A stretch of 36,857 nt of DNA, taken from IMG/VR virus record IMGVR_UViG_2690316068_000008, positions 1 to 36,857 of that record; one strand, 5' to 3'. Positions 1 to 7,260 of this stretch are shown here, one piece after another; the stretch's first letter is position 1, and every line of letters starts with the position of its first letter. Both the position numbers and the translations under genes were made by a program. Source of the stretch: a virus (taxonomy: Duplodnaviria; Heunggongvirae; Uroviricota; Caudoviricetes). The notes beneath the pieces are model-generated. The model had not been told where the DNA came from and did not search any database. It saw only the letters and a program-made list of their open reading frames with translations.

Positions 1-1053
1 TTACGGGGTAATGCCAACCGCTGCCGCCACTTTGTCGCCACTTGGCAGCGTTGCCAGAGGGTTGAAACGGAGCGCCGTTTCCAGATGATCCGGTGCCAGA
101 TGTGCGTAACGCATAGTCATTTTTATATCGTGGTGTCCGAGAATTTTTTGTAAGGCTAGAATGTTTCCACCCGACATCATGAAGTGCGCCGCAAACGTAT
201 GGCGCAGAACGTGTGTGAGTTGACCGCGAGGGAGCACGATAGACGTTTTTTCCATCACGGATAAAAATTGAAAATAGCAGTCTGTAAAGAAATTGAACCC
301 ATCAAGCGCCATGATCTCTTCGTAAAGCTCTTTACTTATAGGGATGCTTCTGTTTTTCTTCCCCTTCGTTCTGACAAAGGTAATTCGGTATTTGGTCACC
401 TGTGAGCGGGTAAGATTTACGGCTTCACGCCAGCGTGCGCCTGTGCTTAAGCATATCTTAACTACCAGTGCCAGAATTGGGTCCTGACGTTTGCAATCAG
501 CCAGCAATTCAACAATCTGCTCATGGGTAAGCCATGCCATCTCTTTTTCTGCGATGGTGAATTTTCGCATGTTCTCCAGTGGGTTCGGATACGACCATTC
601 GCCCAGACGGGATAGTTCGCTAAAAACACTACTTAGATAGCTTTGCTCCAGGTTAATGGTGACCGGGCTTGCTCCTTTCTTCCATTTCTCGCTGAAGTAG
701 ATCTCGCCTGTCAGGCGTTTATCTCGATAGTGGGCAAACATTTTAGAGGTGAGATCGGTTGCAAGAGGATTGCCCAGAGCGTCAACCATCAACAGCAATT
801 TGTCATAGACATGCTGCCCAGCTGTCAGAGATTTACCATGTAGTTTGAACCATAGCTCAACCACGTCTTTCAGTGTTCGACGATCCACTGATTCACCCAG
901 CCAGGGCTTTGCTTCGGTTTCTTCCATCGTGTGGCGCTCAAAAGCCAGAGCTTCGCCTTTGGTGGCGAATTGTTTACGCACCCGACGCCCACTACGTCCG
1001 GCGGGGTAACATTCGCAAAGCCATTTTCCTGTGGTGAGTTTTCGTACTGCCAT
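1..1053 (-). CDS. int: Tyrosine integrase (P2-family site-specific recombinase)
   Basis: 350-aa ORF with ATG at 1053 and stop at the window edge. C-terminal region HVLRHTFAAHFMMSGGNILALQKILGHHDIKMTMRYAHL fits the tyrosine-recombinase R..H..R..Y catalytic pattern. Position at the prophage end. Confidence 0.9.
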   Translation of the reverse strand: MAVRKLTTGKWLCECYPAGRSGRRVRKQFATKGEALAFERHTMEETEAKPWLGESVDRRTLKDVVELWFKLHGKSLTAGQHVYDKLLLMVDALGNPLATDLTSKMFAHYRDKRLTGEIYFSEKWKKGASPVTINLEQSYLSSVFSELSRLGEWSYPNPLENMRKFTIAEKEMAWLTHEQIVELLADCKRQDPILALVVKICLSTGARWREAVNLTRSQVTKYRITFVRTKGKKNRSIPISKELYEEIMALDGFNFFTDCYFQFLSVMEKTSIVLPRGQLTHVLRHTFAAHFMMSGGNILALQKILGHHDIKMTMRYAHLAPDHLETALRFNPLATLPSGDKVAAAVGITP

Positions 1054-1058
1054 AATAA

Positions 1059-1078
1059 AGCCCTCATATCAGAGGGCT
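1059..1078 (-). terminator. Stem-loop (AGCCCTC-atatca-GAGGGCT) between KAP NTPase gene and int start; possible terminator or translational control element
   Basis: Perfect 7-bp inverted repeat with a 6-nt loop, seen directly in sequence, a few nt upstream of the int start codon on the minus strand. Confidence 0.3.
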
Positions 1079-1139
1079 AAATTTAACTGTATGTTTGACC
1101 AGTGGTCAATGTATGGTTTAGTTTATTCAAACAATGCTT

Positions 1140-2657
1140 TTAATCAAATGATGTGGCCAGTTCAATTAATTCAATGTAATTATGTAAGGCATAAAAAGAT
1201 GTATTCAGTCCATTCTCTATAAGGGCTCCTTGCAAATACTTTATAGCTGTATCACCATCAATAGGGCCTTGTTGAGATTTAATCATTAGTGAATTTTGCC
1301 CATTGTTTTTTATACTTGATTTAAGTATGTTTATATTATTGATAAAATACAATGCAACATCTAAGTAATTTATTAATGTTAAATTTATTTTGGGCTCGAT
1401 CTGTGAGATGAATAATCTACTGCTCGCCGTTGTATAGATATAATTGACACCTATTCTTTGCTGATTTGTATCAAGATTTAATTCAAGGATGGCTTGAGAA
1501 ACACCTTTTAAATTGGAGCTTTGCTTTATCGAATCAGTGAAACGTTGTGCTGCATTTCTTCGACCAATTAGTCCATCTATAATTTGACGATCCTTATCAT
1601 ATATAATCATTAGCGAAATTATAAAAATATAATCTACTTTCTTTTTGACTAAATCAGATTTAAGAATGTCTATTAACCTTTCAGTATTTCGGATTGAGTC
1701 TCTTAGATTTAACCCAAATGCTTCAAATACGTTGGAAATATTTATTGAAAAGTCTTCTAATGTTGCGGTTAGTGGGTATGTTTTTGATGTGATATTTTCA
1801 AACTCGGTACCAATATAATCACCAACAACACCATTAATTAAATCTTTAAGTTCAGGTTGTTTTAAAGTAAATCTTCTATGAAAAAAACGGCCTAAATAGT
1901 CATTTGCGGAAAAATCATTACCGTAAACATTCTTGATTGAATGTTGTAATTGATCTGTGTCAGTAGCAATAATAAAGACAAAATTTTTAATGTCGAATAT
2001 ATGTTTAACAATCTCTAAAAGAGAAATTGCATAATCTGGCCTGCATCTGTCTAATTCATCTATAAAGATAAATATAGGACATGAAAAACTATTTTCATAT
2101 GCCAACCTAGACCATAACGTAAGTTCTTTTTTTAATACCTTAATGCTCTTCAGTTTTTCCTGGTGTTCCTTCAGCATTATTAATGAGGCTTCTTTGGCTA
2201 TATCACCTACGTTATCTACTCCTGCATAAGTCTTGATTAGGCCAGATATGATTTCAGGTAGAACACCTTTTGTAAAGCGTCCGATAGCATGGCCGCTTTG
2301 TATCAATCGAGCATCAAGTTTTCCTGCATATGTTTGCAATTGTTGTGACAAAGAAGAAAAAAGGGTTAAAAATGCATCATCAGAAAAGTCTTGCTTCCAG
2401 GCATCAATGTAAACGCATGGGTGTGCATCTTTTATTGAGTTATAAAATCTCTTTATGAAAAAACTTTTACCAGCTCCCCATTCTGCATTAAGGTTGATTA
2501 CCGTGTTGTTCTTTTGCCCCTTTTCCTTAAGATAAAAATATAGATATTCTGCATAGTGTCTCCGATTAAGTTTGTCTTTGGAAAGAATTTCCTCTTCGTC
2601 GTCTAATATAAAGGTAGTTTCTTCATCCCAGTTCCAATTACAATCACCACATTTCAC
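1140..2657 (-). CDS. KAP-family P-loop NTPase (cargo/moron, putative defence-associated)
   Basis: 505-aa ORF with Walker A-like AEWGAGKS and Walker B-like IFIFIDELDRCRPDY, typical of KAP NTPases. Apparent GTG start at 2657 with GGAGA upstream. AT-rich compared with the phage backbone. Confidence 0.65.
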   Translation of the reverse strand: MKCGDCNWNWDEETTFILDDEEEILSKDKLNRRHYAEYLYFYLKEKGQKNNTVINLNAEWGAGKSFFIKRFYNSIKDAHPCVYIDAWKQDFSDDAFLTLFSSLSQQLQTYAGKLDARLIQSGHAIGRFTKGVLPEIISGLIKTYAGVDNVGDIAKEASLIMLKEHQEKLKSIKVLKKELTLWSRLAYENSFSCPIFIFIDELDRCRPDYAISLLEIVKHIFDIKNFVFIIATDTDQLQHSIKNVYGNDFSANDYLGRFFHRRFTLKQPELKDLINGVVGDYIGTEFENITSKTYPLTATLEDFSINISNVFEAFGLNLRDSIRNTERLIDILKSDLVKKKVDYIFIISLMIIYDKDRQIIDGLIGRRNAAQRFTDSIKQSSNLKGVSQAILELNLDTNQQRIGVNYIYTTASSRLFISQIEPKINLTLINYLDVALYFINNINILKSSIKNNGQNSLMIKSQQGPIDGDTAIKYLQGALIENGLNTSFYALHNYIELIELATSFD

Positions 2658-2682
2658 TATGAAGTCTCCATGAAAAATTTAC

Positions 2683-3606
2683 TTAATGTAAACAACTTAT
2701 AATAACTTTTGCAATAAACTCAATGTCTGTAAGCGAACATTCAAAAGAGTGATTTTTGGATGAAATATAAACTCGTCCTTTAGGTAGTCGAGTTATCATT
2801 CTAAATGAATTCTCTCCATCAATATTTACTAGCCACTTACCATCATGTACATCTTTAAAACCCATTTCACATATTAATTCAGAGTCTTCGGTAGATACTA
2901 CGAATGCATTTTTTAAATTGGAAGGTAGAAAACATGGGTCAAATAAATATGAGCCATCATTTATTAACTTGCCATTGATTAATACTTTTTTCACTAATGT
3001 TAAAGTATCTTTATTTTTTGCGTTTTTCATTTCTCCTGTACCAAATGAAATCCATTCAATAGAATGGCCCGTTTCTATTGCACACTGCAAAACCCAGTCT
3101 GCAGGAAAAATGTCACGCATGTATCGTGTGGCTAATGTGCTTTTTGAAATACCTAGGTGATCAGCTAATGCTTGGCGCGTTTTGTAACCGTAAGCCTCGA
3201 CAATTCGTTCTATTGTTGCCTTACCCCCTCGGTTAAAATTCATGAGTTTTTCATTATCGAACTTTATAGTGGGAATGTATACTTCATTGCAAAGGCCATT
3301 AACGGCATGTTTTTCAGAATATTGCTCTGATGAAGGAGCAGTATCTGAACCAAGAACTAACCATTCAATTGATGCTCCTGTTTCTATGGAACATATAACA
3401 ACCCAATCTGCAGGAAAGGTATTACGTGCATATCTGTTGGCCATAGTACTTTGGGAAATACCTAGATGATTACATAATGCCTGTCGTGACTTGAAGCCAT
3501 AGGCTAGGAGTATACGCTCAATAACTTTTTGCCCTCCACGATTCTGCATAACTATTGCTTTCAGATCGTTTTTGATATGGCTAAATTTTAATTTTTGAGT
3601 TGACAT
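2683..3606 (-). CDS. CI-repressor paralog with two tandem N-terminal HTH domains and a CI-like C-terminal domain
   Basis: 307-aa ORF. Residues about 25-85 and 128-188 are near-duplicates (ERILLAYGFKSRQALCNHLGISQSTMANRY...ETGASIEWL versus ERIVEAYGYKTRQALADHLGISKSTLATRY...ETGHSIEWI). The C-terminal domain is paralogous to the C-terminus of the adjacent 191-aa repressor. Confidence 0.6.
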   Translation of the reverse strand: MSTQKLKFSHIKNDLKAIVMQNRGGQKVIERILLAYGFKSRQALCNHLGISQSTMANRYARNTFPADWVVICSIETGASIEWLVLGSDTAPSSEQYSEKHAVNGLCNEVYIPTIKFDNEKLMNFNRGGKATIERIVEAYGYKTRQALADHLGISKSTLATRYMRDIFPADWVLQCAIETGHSIEWISFGTGEMKNAKNKDTLTLVKKVLINGKLINDGSYLFDPCFLPSNLKNAFVVSTEDSELICEMGFKDVHDGKWLVNIDGENSFRMITRLPKGRVYISSKNHSFECSLTDIEFIAKVIISCLH

Positions 3607-3656
3607 ATTTTTTACACCACAACAAATGCTTTACCAAGCATAAAAACATTCCTATG

Positions 3657-4232
3657 TTACTCAAAGTACTTAACTGTTATGGTTATAATTTTTCCAATAA
3701 TTTCGATTTCTTCTTTTTTACATTCGAAAGCCCTATTTCCACCTTCAACTAAGATTCTTCCACCAGGTAAACGAGTGATATCGCGGATTGTTACTTCGGC
3801 ATCAATACTTATTACCCATTTACCGTCACGAATATCGTTAAACTCTTTATCGCAAATAAAAACGGAATTGTTATCGGTGATTACAAACGGATTTTTGAGC
3901 GTAGATGGTAGAAATTCTTTATCGAAAATATAAAAACCATCTTCCTGCAAGGTTCCATCAGATAATACATATTTAACGACTTCCATAGTATTTGTATTAC
4001 CTGAAGTTTGCTTTGAACCATGTCCGGTCGTGAGCCAGTTAAGCGAGGCGCCCGTTTCAAGTGCGCACTGGATTACCCATTCAGCAGGGAATGAGTCACG
4101 CATATAGCGTGTGGCGAGAGTACTTTTAGAGATTCCTAAGTGATCGCACAACGCCTGTCGAGTCTTGAAGCCATATGCTTCTACCATGCGCTCTATAGCG
4201 CCTCGTCCGCCTTTCTCCAAATTCATGGTCAC
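3657..4232 (-). CDS. cI: Immunity repressor, 186 CI-type (HTH N-domain plus oligomerisation C-domain)
   Basis: 191-aa ORF adjacent to the divergent early operon. N-terminal ERMVEAYGFKTRQALCDHLGISKSTLATRYMRD HTH-like segment. Length close to the 186 CI as I recall it. Start may be GTG at 4232 or ATG at 4226. Confidence 0.6.
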   Translation of the reverse strand: MTMNLEKGGRGAIERMVEAYGFKTRQALCDHLGISKSTLATRYMRDSFPAEWVIQCALETGASLNWLTTGHGSKQTSGNTNTMEVVKYVLSDGTLQEDGFYIFDKEFLPSTLKNPFVITDNNSVFICDKEFNDIRDGKWVISIDAEVTIRDITRLPGGRILVEGGNRAFECKKEEIEIIGKIITITVKYFE

Positions 4233-4250
4233 TCCAAGTGAACTTTTGTC

Positions 4251-4279
4251 TTGACGATTTCATTATGCGATCGTATGTT
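4251..4279 (+). promoter_or_regulatory. Candidate early lytic promoter (pR/Pe-like): TTGACG, 17-nt spacer, TATGTT
   Basis: Sequence reading only: -35-like TTGACG at 4251-4256 and -10-like TATGTT at 4274-4279 in the cI/apl divergent intergenic region. Confidence 0.35.
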
Positions 4280-4351
4280 TATGATGTTCACAAAATACAA
4301 ACGATCCGTATTCGTCCTGATTAATCAACATTAAACGAGGAATGTTGCATC

Positions 4352-4573
4352 ATGAAACATAACATTTCAATCACTCTTACCACGCCTCATGTGACTATTG
4401 AACGTTATAGCGAGCTGACAGGGCTATCCATCGATACTATCAATGACATGTTGGCTGACGGACGCCTTATCCGTCACCGTTTGCGCAAAGATAAAAAACG
4501 CGAAAAAGTGATGATCAACATAGCAGCCATGACCGTTGATGCGCTTTCAGAATGCAATCTAAACCTTAATTAG
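4352..4573 (+). CDS. Apl/Cox-like excisionase and transcriptional regulator (small HTH protein)
   Basis: 73-aa ORF, first gene of the rightward early operon opposite cI. HTH-like segment [24 protein letters not shown]. Confidence 0.45.
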   Translation: MKHNISITLTTPHVTIERYSELTGLSIDTINDMLADGRLIRHRLRKDKKREKVMINIAAMTVDALSECNLNLN

Positions 4574-4605
4574 TTCGATTCTGAAATACATCAGAGGCAT
4601 TGACC

Positions 4606-5115
4606 ATGTTTGATTACCAAGTTTCCAAACATCCACATTTTGATGAAGCCTGTCGTGCATTTGCACTGCGCCACAATCTGGTGCAACTGGCAGAACGTGC
4701 AGGCATGAATGTGCAGATTCTGCGGAACAAGCTGAACCCAGCTCAGCCTCATCTATTAACCGCACCAGAAATCTGGCTGCTTACCGATCTGACTGAAGAT
4801 TCAACGCTGGTAGATGGTTTTCTGGCACAGATTCATTGTCTGCCATGTGTACCGATTAATGAGGTGGCAAAAGAGAAACTGCCACATTACGTCATGAGTG
4901 CAACCGCAGAGATCGGGCGTGTTGCTGCAGGTGCGGTATCTGGCGATGTAAAAACCAGTGCAGGTCGTCGTGATGCTATCAGCAGCATTAACTCTGTAAC
5001 ACGACTGATGGCGTTGGCTGCTGTTTCATTGCAGGCCCGTTTACAGGCTAACCCTGCGATGGCGAGTGCAGTTGATACCGTGACCGGCCTCGGTGCTTCA
5101 TTCGGTTTGCTGTGA
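4606..5115 (+). CDS. cII: Phage regulatory protein CII-like (186 CII family)
   Basis: ATG at 4606 preceded by a GAGG-containing RBS. Position immediately after the Apl-like gene and a length similar to 186 CII as I recall it. The family call is from memory of the sequence pattern. Confidence 0.5.
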   Translation: MFDYQVSKHPHFDEACRAFALRHNLVQLAERAGMNVQILRNKLNPAQPHLLTAPEIWLLTDLTEDSTLVDGFLAQIHCLPCVPINEVAKEKLPHYVMSATAEIGRVAAGAVSGDVKTSAGRRDAISSINSVTRLMALAAVSLQARLQANPAMASAVDTVTGLGASFGLL

Positions 5116-5122
5116 GGTGCTT

Positions 5123-5419
5123 ATGCTGACGAAAGAACCATCATTTGCATCGCTGCTGGTAAAGCAAAGCCCGGCAATGCACTACGGTCACGGCTGGATC
5201 ATGGGTGAGGATGGAAAACGCTGGCATCCATGTCATTCACAAGATGAATTGCTGTCTGAATTGACCACGAGGAAACGGAGAAAGTCAAAATGTATGCAGC
5301 GGAAAGTGAAGTGGTTTATCAGTTTTGTTACAGAGGGGAGAGTTATTCAGTACCTGAAGATGATTTGCTCTGTTGTTATCCGTCGTTGTCGGGCGATGGC
5401 AGTTACTTTTTCACGCTAA
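5123..5419 (+). CDS. Hypothetical early protein (N-terminal part plausible; 3' portion overlaps the next ORF in another frame)
   Basis: ORF beginning MLTKEPSFASLLVKQSPAMHYGHGW. The C-terminal part overlaps 5290..5514 and looks low-complexity, so the gene model is uncertain. Confidence 0.3.
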   Translation: MLTKEPSFASLLVKQSPAMHYGHGWIMGEDGKRWHPCHSQDELLSELTTRKRRKSKCMQRKVKWFISFVTEGRVIQYLKMICSVVIRRCRAMAVTFSR

Positions 5420-5514
5420 AGGATGGGACGTTTTTACGGGGAGAGCAGGTTAAAGAGACGGTACGAAAAAATGTATCTCCCCTTGAGCGTTACCGTAAGA
5501 ACAAAGAACGATAG
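5290..5514 (+). CDS. Hypothetical early protein
   Basis: 74-aa ORF with protein-like composition (MYAAESEVVYQFCYRGESYSVPEDD...), in the early operon. Confidence 0.35.
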   Translation: MYAAESEVVYQFCYRGESYSVPEDDLLCCYPSLSGDGSYFFTLKDGTFLRGEQVKETVRKNVSPLERYRKNKER

Positions 5515-5536
5515 GTGTGTTTGGGGGATATGAAGT

Positions 5537-5878
5537 ATGGCAATTAATGGCGCTGCGGCGACTGTTCCATTAAGCCCCGGAGAACGCCTGAATGGACTTA
5601 ATCACATTGCGGAATTAAGGGCGAAAGTATTTGGCCTGAATATTGAGTCAGAGCTTGAGCGGTTTATTAAAGATATGCGTGATCCACGGGATATCAATAA
5701 TGAACAAAATAAACGGGCACTAGCTGCCATATTCTTTATGGCAAAAATTCCAGCTGAACGTCATAGCATCAGCATTAATGAGCTGACCACTGACGAAAAG
5801 CGGGAGCTGATTAAAGCAATGAATCATTTTCGTGCAGTGGTGAGCTTATTTCCCAGACGGCTAACCATGCCGAATTAA
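5537..5878 (+). CDS. Hypothetical early-operon protein
   Basis: 113-aa ORF with a purine-rich stretch just upstream of the ATG, co-oriented in the early operon. Confidence 0.5.
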   Translation: MAINGAAATVPLSPGERLNGLNHIAELRAKVFGLNIESELERFIKDMRDPRDINNEQNKRALAAIFFMAKIPAERHSISINELTTDEKRELIKAMNHFRAVVSLFPRRLTMPN

Positions 5879-5945
5879 CCAACTAATGAAATTAATGGCG
5901 TAAACCCGCCGGGCATCCCTTTATCTAAATTCAGGAGAATTGATT

Positions 5946-6179
5946 ATGCGTAATATTGAAAACCTCACGACTAAAACCGGACCGGATGACGCAGGGCTTA
6001 ATATTTTACTGACAGAGGCTCGTCTGGAAGAACGCAGGGCAAGGGCTGAAGCAATGGCAGCTCGCCTTGATCGCCTGGCGTGTCATATCACATCCCGCCA
6101 GTTAAACCACGTCGAAGCGGCAGAACTGCTGCGTGTGACTGCTGAAGCAATCCAGAACGAAGCGCAGGAGATCCACTGA
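5946..6179 (+). CDS. Hypothetical early-operon protein
   Basis: ATG at 5946 preceded by CAGGAGAA. 77 aa, coiled-coil-like (EARLEERRARAEAMAARLDRL). Confidence 0.45.
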   Translation: MRNIENLTTKTGPDDAGLNILLTEARLEERRARAEAMAARLDRLACHITSRQLNHVEAAELLRVTAEAIQNEAQEIH

Positions 6180-6406
6180 TGGCTGATGCAATGGATCTCG
6201 TACAGCAGCGAGTTGAAGAAGAACGCCAACGTCATATCCGTGCTGCCCGTGCCAAAACGCCGGGCGTGTCCCGCGTGCTTTGCGTTGAGTGTGAAGCGCC
6301 AATTCCGCCAGCACGCCGTCGTGCCATTCCGGGTGTGCAGCTTTGCATTACCTGTCAGGAAATCGCAGAGCTGAAAGGCAAACATTACAACGGAGGTGCT
6401 GTATGA
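6179..6406 (+). CDS. TraR/DksA-family C4 zinc-finger protein
   Basis: 75 aa with CVEC...(N17)...CITC four-cysteine arrangement. ATG overlaps the upstream stop. Confidence 0.55.
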   Translation: MADAMDLVQQRVEEERQRHIRAARAKTPGVSRVLCVECEAPIPPARRRAIPGVQLCITCQEIAELKGKHYNGGAV

Positions 6407-7260
6407 GCACCATCCTGAAATGGGCGGGAAATAAAACCGCCATTATGTCCGAACTGAAAAAACACCTTCCTGCTGGCCCGCGACTGGTTGAACCTTTCGC
6501 GGGTTCCTGTGCTGTGATGATGGCGACGGATTACCCCAGCTATCTGGTTGCTGATATTAATCCTGATTTAATCAACCTCTATAAAAAGATTGCCGCTGAT
6601 TGCGAAGTGTTTATATCTCGTGCCAGAGCTTTATTTGAGGAAGCAAACAGGGAGGTGGCTTATTACAACATAAGGCAGGAGTTTAACTGCTCAACTGAAA
6701 TTACTGACTTCATGAAAGCAGTATATTTCCTGTATCTCAATCGTCACGGTTACCGTGGGTTATGTCGCTATAACAAGAGCGGGCATTTCAACATTCCCTA
6801 CGGTAATTATAAAAATCCGTATTTCCCTGAAAAAGAAATTCGCGCATTTGCAGAGAAAGCCCAGCGAGCAACGTTTATCTGCGCCAGCTTTGATGAAACG
6901 CTGGCGATGCTGCAGGTGGGGGATGTGGTGTATTGCGATCCGCCTTATGACGGTACGTTTTCCGGTTATCACACTGACGGCTTCACTGAAGATGACCAGT
7001 ATCACCTGGCATCCGTTCTTGAACATCGGTCATCAGAAGGACATCCCGTCATTGTTTCTAACAGTGACACATCCCTGATCCGTTCGCTGTATCGCAAATT
7101 TACTCACCACTACATCAAGGCAAAACGCAGCATCGGTGTGGCAGCTGGTGATAGTAAATCTGCAACAGAAATCATTGCTGTTTCCGGGGCGCGCTGCTGG
7201 GTGGGATTTGATCCTTCGCGTGGCGTAGATAGTTCTGCTGTGTACGAGGTGCGTGTATGA
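6403..7260 (+). CDS. dam: DNA adenine methyltransferase (Dam-like, N6-adenine MTase)
   Basis: [12 protein letters not shown]-terminus, SAM-binding EPFAGS and catalytic DPPY ([10 protein letters not shown]) motifs. Start overlaps the upstream stop. Confidence 0.8.
   Translation: MSTILKWAGNKTAIMSELKKHLPAGPRLVEPFAGSCAVMMATDYPSYLVADINPDLINLYKKIAADCEVFISRARALFEEANREVAYYNIRQEFNCSTEITDFMKAVYFLYLNRHGYRGLCRYNKSGHFNIPYGNYKNPYFPEKEIRAFAEKAQRATFICASFDETLAMLQVGDVVYCDPPYDGTFSGYHTDGFTEDDQYHLASVLEHRSSEGHPVIVSNSDTSLIRSLYRKFTHHYIKAKRSIGVAAGDSKSATEIIAVSGARCWVGFDPSRGVDSSAVYEVRV

Noticed and set aside
643-843. Small plus-strand ORF inside the integrase gene, and the many similar 60-110-aa ORFs listed in the track
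   Set aside because: Each is fully overlapped by a longer, homology-supported gene and has no independent support.
1140-2657. Whether the NTPase next to int is an Old-type exclusion protein
   Set aside because: Old proteins have an ABC-type ATPase plus a TOPRIM nuclease. This ORF instead shows KAP-type Walker A and DELDRC motifs and sits at the int end rather than the old/tin locus, so it is not called Old.
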